A DNA stretch of 64,000 bases. Origin: an uncultured delta proteobacterium (GTDB taxonomy: Bacteria; Bdellovibrionota; FAC87; UBA2466). This document shows, piece by piece, positions 28,201-38,563 of the stretch (its first letter is position 1; every line of letters starts with the position of its first letter). The DNA lies in NCBI GenBank assembly GCA_963778115.1, contig CAVZSV010000004.1, forward strand, positions 2,784,001-2,848,000. The letters run 5' to 3'. The position numbers and the translations under genes were made by a program. The notes beneath the pieces are model-generated. The model did not search any database, was not told the DNA's origin, and saw nothing but the letters and a program-made list of their open reading frames with translations.

Positions 28201-28350
28201 TAGCCGTCTATTACCCAGGACTGGGGATGAGAGGGTATGACTCACCGCTCTGGATCAGGGGTGGTGGAATTTTGTCCTCAACTTGGTACCAGGCCCCGGA
28301 AAAAAATTACCGGTGAGGAGAGTCGCTAAAACTGGTAAGACCGAGTCGGG

Positions 28351-29433
28351 ATGGCGAAACGGACACACACGCTTCACTTAGTAGAGTACTTGGCGCAAGG
28401 AGGTATCGAGCGCTTATTGGAGCAATTGGCAAGATACACTCCGTCCCATCGAGCAAAGCTCTCGTTTTTTTCGTACGAAACGGCCACCCTCGAAGGGATT
28501 GGGAAAGAGCTGGTCGATCTTGGAGTCCCCGTTATTACCTATAAAAAGAAAAAGGGATACGACCTGCGACTTTTGAAGAAGTTGGTCCAGGTCGTCCGCG
28601 CTCAAAAGATAACCGTCATTCACACTCACGACTTTGGTCCCATGGAATATGCAGTAGCTCTTAAGATTCGTTTTCCAAAGTTACGCCTCATTCACACGCA
28701 TCATACCTTGCACCACTTTTTGAAATTTCCCAAATATGTCATTTTCCTTCAGGCAGCGAGCCATCTTTATTACCAATTGATTGCGGTCTCTGAGCACGTA
28801 AAAGATCAGTTACAGGAGAGTTGTCCCTGGGTGAACTCCAATATCATTGTCATTCCGAATGGAATCGCACTTGACCATTTTAGTTCGAGTCGCGGACAGT
28901 CCGCGCCTAAGTTACGGTTGGTGAATGTTTCTCGAATCTCACCGGAAAAAAATTTGAAATATCTGCTTCAAACCTGTGCGCTTCTTAAGGCGGCCGGCAT
29001 CGATTTTGAATTTCACCATGCCGGCAGCGGTCCTAAAGATCTGCAAGACGAGATAGCCCACTTCATTTCCCTAAACGGCCTACAAAATGAGGTTCATCTT
29101 TATGGATTTCAAAACGATGTGCGCCCTATTTTGAAACGAGGAAATATCTTTGTCTCCAGTTCACTCTCTGAAGGACATCCCGTCGCCGTATTGGAAGCCA
29201 TGGCCAGCGGAAAGGCTTGTCTCATTAGCGATATCGAACCTCACCGAAATTTGGCGCCAGGGGCTGTAAAACTTTTTTCCTTATCGGACGAACAAGCTCT
29301 CGCCAAAGAGTTGATGGAGCTATTGAAAGATCCGAAATTGATTCTAAAACTCGCGCGGAAAGGGAAGTCCGAAGTGCGAAAGCACTTTGGGATTGAAAGA
29401 ATGGTGGAGAGTTACTGTGGGCTTTATGGGTAA
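28351..29433 (+). CDS. Glycosyltransferase family 4
   Basis: GGIER, IHTH, VIPNGI, SLSEGHPVAVLEAMASG (EX7E). Confidence 0.92.
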   Translation: MAKRTHTLHLVEYLAQGGIERLLEQLARYTPSHRAKLSFFSYETATLEGIGKELVDLGVPVITYKKKKGYDLRLLKKLVQVVRAQKITVIHTHDFGPMEYAVALKIRFPKLRLIHTHHTLHHFLKFPKYVIFLQAASHLYYQLIAVSEHVKDQLQESCPWVNSNIIVIPNGIALDHFSSSRGQSAPKLRLVNVSRISPEKNLKYLLQTCALLKAAGIDFEFHHAGSGPKDLQDEIAHFISLNGLQNEVHLYGFQNDVRPILKRGNIFVSSSLSEGHPVAVLEAMASGKACLISDIEPHRNLAPGAVKLFSLSDEQALAKELMELLKDPKLILKLARKGKSEVRKHFGIERMVESYCGLYG

Positions 29434-30496
29434 ACAGACGCTCTTTATCTCTGGGCTTCAGGTGTTTCCTCCTTTGTCCGGGGGACAAAAAAGAAGTGCA
29501 GCCGTTGCCCGACAATTGTCGGTGAATTCTCCCGTGGTCGTGTATTCGCTAACCGGAAGGAAGAAAGAATACCTTTCGGGAATTGCCTCTAGCTCTAATC
29601 AGGTCGCCCCCGAGCTGCAAGAGGTCGTCAATCGATCGAAGTTTTTCGGGCTCCTGCAATTTCTTGCCTATCGGTTAGGGCTTCCTCCTTTATGGACCAC
29701 TTGGGTGGCGCGGTTCCTTATTCCCAGAGATCTCAAAGCATTACTTGTAACTTCAGACCGAATTGTGATCGATCATCCGTACCTATATCCGCTACTCTCT
29801 AAAGTCGGCTATTCTAAAATTCTTAATACTCACAATGTTGAATTTCATTTATGGCGAGAGACGTGGCTTTCAAAAGTATTCTTGGCCCCTTTGGTGAAAA
29901 AAATAGAGGAGCGTGCCATCTCGCTTTCCGACGAAGTCTGGTGCTGTTCGCAAGAAGAAAAAAGAGTGCTTTCCGAAATGGGAAACCACAAAGTTCCCGT
30001 GGTCGTAATTCCCAATACAGTAGCTCCTATAGAAAAAAGACCTGAGTGGAGGAGCCTACTTCGTACCCAGTTGTTCTTAGAAGAGGATGCGAAAGTCATT
30101 CTGTTTACCGCGAGCCGGTATGCACCGAATGTGGACGCTTTCCGGTTCCTCGAAGACTTCTGTCGAAACCACTTCGAATTGCTCGAGGCTTTGAATGTTT
30201 ATTTTCTTGTGGTCGGCAGTGTCACTTCCTTGAAACGCGAGGGACGGCTCATCGCCACGGGCCCTGTTGAGGAGGTGGCTCCCTATTTCTCGGTGGCTGA
30301 CTGGGCTATCAATCCGGTGCTTACGGGTTCAGGTACCAGTGTCAAAATGGTGGAGTACCGGGAGGCTAACATCCCTATTCTCTCCACCCCTTTTGGAGCC
30401 CGGGGGCTGGGACTGTCCGAAGGGATTGACTTCATCCCCTTTCAACGCGAAGAGTTAGGAAGGGTTTTGATCGATAGGGTGGGGAAGGCAGTTTGA
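29426..30496 (+). CDS. Glycosyltransferase, GT4-like
   Basis: FPPLSGGQKR, THNVE, GSGTSVKMVEY, STPFGARG; overlaps the upstream stop. Confidence 0.85.
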   Translation: MGKQTLFISGLQVFPPLSGGQKRSAAVARQLSVNSPVVVYSLTGRKKEYLSGIASSSNQVAPELQEVVNRSKFFGLLQFLAYRLGLPPLWTTWVARFLIPRDLKALLVTSDRIVIDHPYLYPLLSKVGYSKILNTHNVEFHLWRETWLSKVFLAPLVKKIEERAISLSDEVWCCSQEEKRVLSEMGNHKVPVVVIPNTVAPIEKRPEWRSLLRTQLFLEEDAKVILFTASRYAPNVDAFRFLEDFCRNHFELLEALNVYFLVVGSVTSLKREGRLIATGPVEEVAPYFSVADWAINPVLTGSGTSVKMVEYREANIPILSTPFGARGLGLSEGIDFIPFQREELGRVLIDRVGKAV

Positions 30497-31359
30497 TCTC
30501 ACTACCAAGAATAGTTTTTCGTACGGCGCTCTTGTTATTTTTCACGATCTTCTCTTCGGGGGCCGCGGCCGAGGAGGCCATCAAGCAGACCGAGGCGGCT
30601 ACGGCTCCCACCGATTATCAGAAGGTCTATTTCTCATACTTTGGAATGTATCAGGGGCCCGGACTTTCTCAGCCCTTGGGGAGTGGCGCTATCGATAGCA
30701 GCACGCTGACTTCTCAAAATGAACAGAATTTACAGAGTCAGTTCAAAGTAGATTATTTTCTCACGCCCGAAGTCTTTGTGGGAGCAGTCTTAAATTTTCA
30801 GGTCAATCCCTTGGGAGGGACGGCATTTCAAATGCTCGATAGCGGATTTCGGGTTGGCCATCAAAAGCTCATTCACACGGAGCATTTTAACTTGATGGCC
30901 GACTTTCGGGTAACTGCCCCGCTTAAGCCATACAATATCAACAACGACGAATGGATCGATTTTCAAAGTTTGCAGGTCCTGACCTACCGAATTCCCAAAA
31001 CTAAATTCACTTTAGGAGCCGTAGGTTTTCATACGCTCCAACTCTATGGCAATGGCCTTGTGAGCAGGCCTTCTAATGACCCCTCGAGTGCCATAGACCT
31101 GACGCTTTTTTTCGGTCCTTATGTTTCTTATCATCTCACTGACAGAGTGGCGGCTTTGGTGTCGTATGAATTACATCCGTACCATCGCGTCGGCGCTTCT
31201 TGGGATACTTGGGCCGCGGACCCCGCCGATCTCGCTCCTGGAATTAGCTGGGATATTACCGGAGATGTGAACTTACAGGCGCAAGTTCTCATGTATCCCA
31301 GCCATTTTAGTTTCGACACTTTGGGAACCATGATCTATCTGTATTGGCAAATTATATAG
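30493..31359 (+). CDS. Predicted outer-membrane beta-barrel protein
   Basis: Signal peptide, alternating hydrophobic strands, aromatic C-terminus IYLYWQII. Confidence 0.65.
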   Translation: MISLPRIVFRTALLLFFTIFSSGAAAEEAIKQTEAATAPTDYQKVYFSYFGMYQGPGLSQPLGSGAIDSSTLTSQNEQNLQSQFKVDYFLTPEVFVGAVLNFQVNPLGGTAFQMLDSGFRVGHQKLIHTEHFNLMADFRVTAPLKPYNINNDEWIDFQSLQVLTYRIPKTKFTLGAVGFHTLQLYGNGLVSRPSNDPSSAIDLTLFFGPYVSYHLTDRVAALVSYELHPYHRVGASWDTWAADPADLAPGISWDITGDVNLQAQVLMYPSHFSFDTLGTMIYLYWQII

Positions 31360-31368
31360 GAGTATGAC

Positions 31369-32130
31369 TTGGATCCACGACTTAAGAACGCGCTAAAAAA
31401 AATTAGGGGCGAGGGTTACAGACTGGTTCATCCGGGGAAGGCGAAGTACCTTTGTCCGGTGTGCGACTATCGAGGTCCTTTCATGACGGCCAAAGATCCT
31501 ACTGGCAACAGGCTGGATGCGATTTGCCCTTCGTGCTCTTCTGCTGAGCGCCATCGCTTACAGTGGTTGGTGTTGGATACTCTTCCCGAACGATCTCGAT
31601 TTTCTGAAATGCATATTCTGCACTGCGCGCCCGAAGCAGCCATGCAAAAAAGACTAAAACGTCTCTTTGGCAAATATAGTTCCGCCGATTTGCTAGATCC
31701 CTCCGTGGATTTTCGACTAGACTTGCGCAAGATTCCTTTCCCGAAGGAGAGTTTTGACGTCATCTTTGCTTCACACGTTTTGGAGCATATTCCTGAAGAC
31801 GGACTTGCTATCAAAGAGATTCGTCGAGTACTTCGTCCCAATGGCCTAGCCATTTTGCCAGTACCTGTCGTAAATCAAACGACGATAGATTATTCCGAGC
31901 CAAATCAAAAGGAATGGGATCATGTGAGAGCACCTGGTTTAGATTATTTCGACAGATATAAATCCCACTTCGCGCGGGTCCAGACCTACACTTCGCAAGA
32001 CTTCGAAGAGAGGTACCAACCTTTTCTCTACGAAGACCGTTCGCAATGGCCCAACTCAACGTACCCAAACCGGCAAAGGTCTTCGGGAAACCGTCATAAT
32101 GATTTTGTTCCGATCGCATATGTGGACTAA
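31369..32130 (+). CDS. Class I SAM methyltransferase with N-terminal Cys pairs
   Basis: CPVC..CPSC, LHCAPE, FDVIFASHVLEHIP, RVLRPNG. Confidence 0.85.
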   Translation: MDPRLKNALKKIRGEGYRLVHPGKAKYLCPVCDYRGPFMTAKDPTGNRLDAICPSCSSAERHRLQWLVLDTLPERSRFSEMHILHCAPEAAMQKRLKRLFGKYSSADLLDPSVDFRLDLRKIPFPKESFDVIFASHVLEHIPEDGLAIKEIRRVLRPNGLAILPVPVVNQTTIDYSEPNQKEWDHVRAPGLDYFDRYKSHFARVQTYTSQDFEERYQPFLYEDRSQWPNSTYPNRQRSSGNRHNDFVPIAYVD

Positions 32131-32495
32131 AGGTATTGTTACCTTCGGGGCAAATCGGACTCGATGTAACAAATCCATCCCCACGCATGACGATGATGGT
32201 GTCGAAGTTTCAACGCCTTTAACGGCGGGGAGAAGGCTAAGCGCTTATAATTAAATAATAAAGCGGCGTAAAATCACCAATCCCCGTCCATAATTCCCTG
32301 TTCAGCCCCTCTAACTATTCTTCCCCACAAAACTATTTCAGATTGTGTTTTCGCAACCGTCCAGAGCGTAGACAGCGGGGATGCCTTTCTCCGAAGCCGC
32401 CCCTGGTACAAAGATTGTAAGTAATTCCAGGTATCGCGCCTGGAATCTTCTTCACAAAATTTTCACAATTAGGGTGTTTGCGGAGAATTAGATAA

Positions 32496-33191
32496 ATGCT
32501 TTCTAAATCAAAAGTTCTTCAATGGCTCGTTATCGTCCTGGTGGTTCAGTGTCTTTGCTCCTGCGCTAAAAATAGCGGCGGTTCGAATAGCCCTGCTACC
32601 GGCGGCGGTACCACGGGAAACGGCACTCTGACGGACGTTTCTTCAACCGCCATTGTAACCTTTTCCACTGTGGGGTCTCCCACAGCGGCCTATACTCAGG
32701 ATGTATCGCAAGAACTTTTCGTCTCCTCCGTGGCATCTGTAACAGGAATCCAAGCGGGTCAGACTCCCACGCATTTTCTCTGCCCGACGAGTTGTCAGAC
32801 CATGGCGGGAACGACCTCTCTGAATTTTGGGACTAGTCTATCGGTATCGGGAGTCGCTATTACGGGTGAAAGCAACGGAGAGATCGATTTTGTAGTAATT
32901 TCGATCCTTCCCCATTCCTCGACCACCATTCCTTTCGGGAGCAACCCCGTGGGGGGAGGAACTCCTCCTCCGACGAATAGCGCCCCCACCAACCTAACGC
33001 CGCAGCAACAGTTAGGATATGCGGTGTGGACAAATAGTTGTGCCAGTTGTCACGGAAGCACGCCGGATAATCAGTACACCGTAACTCAGTTGACCGATTC
33101 GGTGGGCGCTTCGGGAAACATGCCGCAGGGTGGTTCAAAACTTTCGGCGACCGATCAACAGAACATCATCTCTTACTTCAATACCCTTTGA
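32496..33191 (+). CDS. Lipoprotein with C-terminal monoheme cytochrome c
   Basis: Lipobox-like LCSC, CASCH, distal NMP, Ser/Thr/Gly linkers. Confidence 0.8.
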   Translation: MLSKSKVLQWLVIVLVVQCLCSCAKNSGGSNSPATGGGTTGNGTLTDVSSTAIVTFSTVGSPTAAYTQDVSQELFVSSVASVTGIQAGQTPTHFLCPTSCQTMAGTTSLNFGTSLSVSGVAITGESNGEIDFVVISILPHSSTTIPFGSNPVGGGTPPPTNSAPTNLTPQQQLGYAVWTNSCASCHGSTPDNQYTVTQLTDSVGASGNMPQGGSKLSATDQQNIISYFNTL

Positions 33192-33204
33192 AACAATGGC
33201 GCCC

Positions 33205-34014
33205 ATGAAAACTTTCCTAACATTTATTTTGGTGGCGGCCTCTGTAGCCTTTGCTGAAGCGGTAAACCAACATGGAGTGAATCCACAAGGGCGTCATTTC
33301 AATTACGAAATAGCCCAAGCACCCGCCGTCCAGCCCGCTCCGAGTGGCGATGGGGCTTATGACAAAGAGGACCCTGAAGAAGATGATCCGATATGGGTCC
33401 AATACAACAAGCGTCATGAAAACGATCCCCCCGAAGAGATCGCCGCAAGGGTTTCGGACAAAATTGTGGTCGATCCCAAGAATCCGCCGCTTGTCATTGA
33501 TGTCGGAGCCGGAGGCGGGAAGGACGCCAAACATTTTCTAAAGAAGGGAATGAGAGTCCTTGCGGTGGATATGACTAAGGAATCGATGAAGCGTTTGCAA
33601 GCCTTCGGAGACGAAAAATACAAAGGAAAACTCGAAACGCAGGTCGAATGGATGCAAGACATGAAACTGCCGAAAGCATCCGCTGATTTGGTCAATTCGA
33701 GCTTCACCTTGCCCTTTGTTCCCAAAGATGTTTTGGAAAAAGAGGTGATGCCTAAGATCAAGGAGGCTCTGAAGCCTGAAGGTAAATTCACCGCACAGTT
33801 CTTTGGTGAAAAACATGTGTGGGCCGGTGATAGGGAAATGAATTTTTTTTCCAAAGCCGAGTTAGGAGAATTTCTCAGCAAAGCGGGGTTTAACGTCGAA
33901 GAGATTGTTCCCCGAGAATGGGATCAACAACGGGAAGTAAACGGAAAGACGGTAAAAGAGCACTGGGAAGTTTACGACGTAATCGCCACTCCTAAGGAGT
34001 CTACTTCGAAATAG
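33205..34014 (+). CDS. Class I SAM methyltransferase (TehB-like) with signal peptide
   Basis: MKTFLTFILVAASVAFA, then VIDVGAGGGKD, LAVD, ALKPEG. Alternative ATG at 33196. Confidence 0.8.
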   Translation: MKTFLTFILVAASVAFAEAVNQHGVNPQGRHFNYEIAQAPAVQPAPSGDGAYDKEDPEEDDPIWVQYNKRHENDPPEEIAARVSDKIVVDPKNPPLVIDVGAGGGKDAKHFLKKGMRVLAVDMTKESMKRLQAFGDEKYKGKLETQVEWMQDMKLPKASADLVNSSFTLPFVPKDVLEKEVMPKIKEALKPEGKFTAQFFGEKHVWAGDREMNFFSKAELGEFLSKAGFNVEEIVPREWDQQREVNGKTVKEHWEVYDVIATPKESTSK

Positions 34015-34018
34015 CGAA

Positions 34019-35173
34019 CTATTTTTTCTTGGACGTGACGGCAGCGATAACGTCGTTAATAAGGATAGGATCTCCATCCATTTCCACATAATCATCCCTA
34101 GTATCCGTCGTGGTGACCATGATCAAATTGAGATCGGGAACTAGGTAAGCGAACTGACCGCCGTATCCCCACATTTTGTAAACCGGATGCCCTGCCGCGG
34201 TAAATAACCACCAGAGATAGCCATAGGTATATTGAGGATGTTCGGATTGGATCTTACTTGTCGTGGCTTCAGCTATCCAATCGGCGGGGACGACACTTTG
34301 CCCCTGGAACTCCCCCTTTTGCAAGTACATCAAAGCCACGCGAGCTAGATCCCTCGGGGTTAGATAAAGGTTGTAACCTCCTGAATAGTAGCCTTGGGGA
34401 TCGCGTCCCCAATGCTTGATCGTAATACCCAAGGGCTTAAACAGATATTGGGCTGCGAAGCTGCACGTATCGATTCCGGTGCCCTCGGTCAAAACCGCCG
34501 ATAAGAGGTGCGTCAGTCCGGTATCGTAATTGAATAGCGATCCCGGAGTTGCGACAAAAGGTAGATTTAAGATCGCTTGGACCCAGTTGTCCGCGTCCTC
34601 GATAGCGTTTTCGGTAGTATCTTCTATCCAGCTGATTCCGGCCGACATCGTTAATAGATGGCGGAGGGTCAATTGCTTCGTCATGGCGGTAAAAGTAAAA
34701 TCAGGAGATAAGACATCTGAAATTTTCTGATCTACGCTGACGAGAAGTCCTTTATTCAACGCAATTCCAATTAGTCCCGAAAGTATGGTTTTTGAAGCCG
34801 ACTGAATATTATTAGCTTGATCGTAATTACTACCGTGAAAATAGCGCTCGTCCACTAAGACGCCGTTGCGGATCACTAGAAAGCTATAAGTCTGAGGCAG
34901 ACTTTGGAGTGCGGCTTCGGCTTTGGCTAAGATCGTGCTATCTAAACCCTGGCTTTCGGGCGTGCCCATAGGAAAGGTGATTTTACTCGCGTTGGGGTCG
35001 ACGTAAGTAGGATCGTTCTCGTAAAACTGGTCGACCGTGGGAGGGTTAGGGACCTGCTGTGGGCAGACCTCTTGAGACTCCTCCGGGTTATCCTGCCTCT
35101 TTTGGGAGGCACCACAACCTATAAGAGAGAAGAATACCGAAAAGATCAAGACGGGAACGATGGCTTTCCGCAT
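34019..35173 (-). CDS. Beta-lactamase-family serine hydrolase lipoprotein
   Basis: LIGC lipobox, SASK (SxxK), LLTMSAG, FNYDT, YGYLWW, GYGGQ. Confidence 0.88.
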   Translation of the reverse strand: MRKAIVPVLIFSVFFSLIGCGASQKRQDNPEESQEVCPQQVPNPPTVDQFYENDPTYVDPNASKITFPMGTPESQGLDSTILAKAEAALQSLPQTYSFLVIRNGVLVDERYFHGSNYDQANNIQSASKTILSGLIGIALNKGLLVSVDQKISDVLSPDFTFTAMTKQLTLRHLLTMSAGISWIEDTTENAIEDADNWVQAILNLPFVATPGSLFNYDTGLTHLLSAVLTEGTGIDTCSFAAQYLFKPLGITIKHWGRDPQGYYSGGYNLYLTPRDLARVALMYLQKGEFQGQSVVPADWIAEATTSKIQSEHPQYTYGYLWWLFTAAGHPVYKMWGYGGQFAYLVPDLNLIMVTTTDTRDDYVEMDGDPILINDVIAAVTSKKK

Positions 35174-35255
35174 GGGATCTCCCGCAAAGAGAACGCGACT
35201 CTATTTTACTGCTAGGTATCCCCAGATTGTCATACGCGGCGCGCGTGAGAAGGTC

Positions 35256-35957
35256 TCAAACGATGGGAACCGTGGATAATCGACGCACAATGTGGGGCAT
35301 GTGGTTACGCAGACGATTGGCGTCAGGGATCAAATAGCGATCGTTAGCGACTGGTTGCAGCAATTTATGGTGAACCAGCTCGCTCAGAACTTTTTTGACT
35401 AGCAGTTGGTCGACCTCGAGGTAAAAGCGAATCGCCGCAATGCTCAGAAAAACTTCTGTTCCCTCGGGAGTCTGCTTTCCCGCCACTTCGCAAAGGTAAA
35501 GAATCAATTGAATGAAGCGCTCATTGTTATCGCTGGATTTAAGAAGATGGATCAACTCGTTGGCGCGCTTTAACCGGTAGGCCGCGACCCTAAAAATCCC
35601 TTTTAGGATATCTGCCACGATGTAGGGGAATTTTTTTTGAATCAAAGCGAATTCATAGCTACCGATCTCAAGGTAGGTGAGGTCGGTATTAGCTCGTGCC
35701 CCAAAAGCACGGTGGTAGTCACCTTCGCTGATGAGAGCTTGTTCTCCGAAAAAGTCCCCCTCATGGACGAGGCTGACTACCGCATGGTCTCCCTTAGGAT
35801 CGACGTCGGCATCGGCGGAAAGTTCCACAATACCCGATAGCAAAATAAACATCGTCTTTCCCGCTTCTCCCTGGCGAAAAAGACGAGACCCTTTGGGGAC
35901 GCGTTTCAAAAACGCCATGAGCTCTGGATGTTGCAATAACTCTTTATCGATCTTCAT
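35256..35957 (-). CDS. Crp/Fnr family cNMP-binding regulator
   Basis: LFRQGE, MFILLSG, GDFFGEQAL..R..A; degenerate C-terminal winged HTH. Confidence 0.82.
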   Translation of the reverse strand: MKIDKELLQHPELMAFLKRVPKGSRLFRQGEAGKTMFILLSGIVELSADADVDPKGDHAVVSLVHEGDFFGEQALISEGDYHRAFGARANTDLTYLEIGSYEFALIQKKFPYIVADILKGIFRVAAYRLKRANELIHLLKSSDNNERFIQLILYLCEVAGKQTPEGTEVFLSIAAIRFYLEVDQLLVKKVLSELVHHKLLQPVANDRYLIPDANRLRNHMPHIVRRLSTVPIV

Positions 35958-35984
35958 GATTTTTTTTTCATTCTCTTTTCTTCA

Positions 35985-38075
35985 TCACATTTTCTGTGGG
36001 GATGCATCTTTAAGATACTTTAGCGCTCCCACTCTATCGACTAAGGCATCAAACTCTTTGTTTCCGTGTAACCCTTTGAACAGAGGATCGACGGCGACAA
36101 AAATAAGATGGTAAGCATGTTCTTTCTGAGCGGCATAGAGATATTGGACGGCTTTCTTGGAATCCCCCATGCTAGCGGAGATTTCCGCCAAGAAATATTG
36201 GGATACATAACGTGTTTTGGAGGTTTTCTTAAGCTCTTCCAAAATTCTGTAGGCATCTTTTTTCTTTCCCGCTTGCGCATAAGCGCATCCCAACATCGCT
36301 TGCATCATCGGTGGCGGGGTAGCTGAAAACGCGATGGCGGGCTTAAGAATTTGAATGGCGCTATTAGATTGCCCCGCTTTAATGTAAGCCGCGGCCAACC
36401 AATAATAGGCGACTTGGTAAGTGGGGTCCACGCTAAGAGCGGCTTGATAGCGGCGAATGGCTTCTAGGTAGTTTCCGGCATAGTACTCGGGGCGGCCTTG
36501 GGAGATATTAATAGTAGGGCTCTTAGGCTCTATTTCAAGGGCAAGAGCGACCTCTTTTCGTGCATGATTGAAGTCTCCGACAGCGATGAGAAAATCGGAG
36601 TACCAACTATGCAATGTCCCGTAGTCCGGACGAAGCGCTAGCGCTTTTTTGAATTCTCTTTCCGATTTTCCCCAGTCGTTCTCGAACTCTTCAGCCATCT
36701 CGGCCAAAAAAACGTGGCTGTCCACGGTATCAGGATCCAAAACAATCGCCTTTTCTACGGCCTCAAGTCCTTTCGTATGAGCCTCTTCTGGACTCATGAA
36801 CCCGTAGAAGGAGAGCAAGTCGTAAGTATTTGCGAGGGAGGTGTAAGCCAAGACGAATTTAGGATCTAACAACAGGGCTTGATCGAAGTAACGAGCCGCG
36901 AGCCTTAAGTCCTCTTCTCCTCGTCGATTAAAGAAAAATCTGCCCTTGAGATAATTGATGTAGGCGGAGTTTGAATTACTTTCTACTTCCGGCATCTCTA
37001 GACTCGCCAGAGCTCGCCCTTCTAATTTCTCAGCCACGCCTTGCGAGATACGTTTTTGGATTTGCAAGACATCATCTAGCGCGCCGTCGTACTCTTGAGA
37101 CCAAAGGTACTCTTCGCTCTTCGTATCGATAAGCTGGCTTACGATATGAAATCGACCTGCTATCTTTTTGATAGTTCCTACGAGCAGAACGCTGACGTTA
37201 AGCTCCTGGCCCAGCTTTTTAGGAGAAAGATTTTTGTCTTTGTAAGCCGCAACCGTTGATTGGGCGATAACGTGGATATCGTGAACCTTGGAAAGGGTTG
37301 AGATGAGGTCTTCCGTCATTCCCTCGGGCAAATATTCTTCATTCTTTTCAAGGCCTACTTTCTTAAAGGGAATAAGAGCGATCCGACGAGTATCGAGAGC
37401 AGGCTCTAAAGCGGCCTTAGGATGCTTTACATCACGAATGCCTACGATAGTTACCAAACAGAGGGCCAGCGCAAAATAAGGTACTACTCGAAGGGCAAAG
37501 CTTTTAAACCGTTTGGCCTGGACACGAAAATGATCGATGGGCCCTTCCGCGGTTCTTAGACTTATTCGATAGACGCTAACCTTCTCCGAAATATTCTTAA
37601 GCTTCTGCTTTCCAAGGGCTGTTCCCCTTAGATGAGATTTGTTTCTAATTTGTTGATAGACGGGCGAGGAGACGCACACTTCACCAGCTCCCGCTAAATG
37701 AACAATCCGAGAAGCAATGTTGACCCCGTCCCCGTAAACATCTCCGTCGCCAGTAATGACGACATCACCTAAATGAATGCCTATCCGGACGTGGACGTGG
37801 CGACTGGAATCGAACTGTTGGTTTCGCTTCGATAGGGCCCGTTGAATGTGTAACGCGCAGCGTACCGCGTCAAAAACATTCGGGAAGCTAAGAAGGAAGG
37901 CATCGCCGATAGTCTTGATCTCGGTTCCCCCGTACTGGGGAAAGACTCCGCGCACGAGTTCGCGATGCTCTTGAAGCAGACTCAAGGCAAGCGCTTCATT
38001 GCGATGGCTTAGTCTGGAATAACCGACAATATCGGTGAAGATAATGACGGTAAGTTTACGTTTCTTTTCCTTCAT
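35985..38075 (-). CDS. Class III adenylate cyclase with TM, TolB-like and TPR domains
   Basis: FTDIVGYS, IKTIGDA, RIGIHLGDV, DVYGDGVNIASR; IALIPF; TPR repeats. Confidence 0.92.
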   Translation of the reverse strand: MKEKKRKLTVIIFTDIVGYSRLSHRNEALALSLLQEHRELVRGVFPQYGGTEIKTIGDAFLLSFPNVFDAVRCALHIQRALSKRNQQFDSSRHVHVRIGIHLGDVVITGDGDVYGDGVNIASRIVHLAGAGEVCVSSPVYQQIRNKSHLRGTALGKQKLKNISEKVSVYRISLRTAEGPIDHFRVQAKRFKSFALRVVPYFALALCLVTIVGIRDVKHPKAALEPALDTRRIALIPFKKVGLEKNEEYLPEGMTEDLISTLSKVHDIHVIAQSTVAAYKDKNLSPKKLGQELNVSVLLVGTIKKIAGRFHIVSQLIDTKSEEYLWSQEYDGALDDVLQIQKRISQGVAEKLEGRALASLEMPEVESNSNSAYINYLKGRFFFNRRGEEDLRLAARYFDQALLLDPKFVLAYTSLANTYDLLSFYGFMSPEEAHTKGLEAVEKAIVLDPDTVDSHVFLAEMAEEFENDWGKSEREFKKALALRPDYGTLHSWYSDFLIAVGDFNHARKEVALALEIEPKSPTINISQGRPEYYAGNYLEAIRRYQAALSVDPTYQVAYYWLAAAYIKAGQSNSAIQILKPAIAFSATPPPMMQAMLGCAYAQAGKKKDAYRILEELKKTSKTRYVSQYFLAEISASMGDSKKAVQYLYAAQKEHAYHLIFVAVDPLFKGLHGNKEFDALVDRVGALKYLKDASPQKM

Positions 38076-38188
38076 AAGAGAGATCCACTCGTATCCTCTC
38101 TTATCGGGAATAAAGGAAGCTTAGGTGAGAGGGGAGTGAGACGGGGTAATGCATCGCATAAAGCCCTGATGCAGAAGGATGAGTATCG

Positions 38189-38563
38189 TTAATATTTCGG
38201 CGGTGGAGTCCTAAAATACAGTGAGTCATTCAACTCTTTAATCTCCAAATTAGTCGAGCAATTAAGCTTAGACAGGTTCCAAACTTTCACTCTTTCCAAC
38301 ATGAGATCATGAAGCCTCTTGCCCAAACTCTTTTTCCACTCTTCACTTCGCCCAGGAAGTATCTCTAGTCGAGCAAACAAGAAAGCCCGGCGGGAGGCAT
38401 CGGCTCCAATAAAAAAATCTTCTCGGGCTATTAAACGACTCTTCAGCGTTTCGATATCGACGGACTCTGTGTTTCCGATCGTCTCGTGCAGATCTTTTAA
38501 GAGTTTTAACACCTGTTCGTGAGATGAGAGGTTATTTGAATATTCTAAGGTAAGGTGAGGCAT
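38189..38563 (-). CDS. 5-carboxymethyl-2-hydroxymuconate isomerase-like tautomerase
   Basis: N-terminal MPHLTLEYSNNL (catalytic Pro1), LKSR, LPGRSEE. Confidence 0.82.
   Translation of the reverse strand: MPHLTLEYSNNLSSHEQVLKLLKDLHETIGNTESVDIETLKSRLIAREDFFIGADASRRAFLFARLEILPGRSEEWKKSLGKRLHDLMLERVKVWNLSKLNCSTNLEIKELNDSLYFRTPPPKY

Noticed and set aside
32345..32390. GEMM/c-di-GMP riboswitch-like CGCAA...GACAGCGGGGGATGCC
   Set aside because: Only a loose resemblance to the second stem; no GGCAAAC..GAAA first stem. Needs an Infernal scan.
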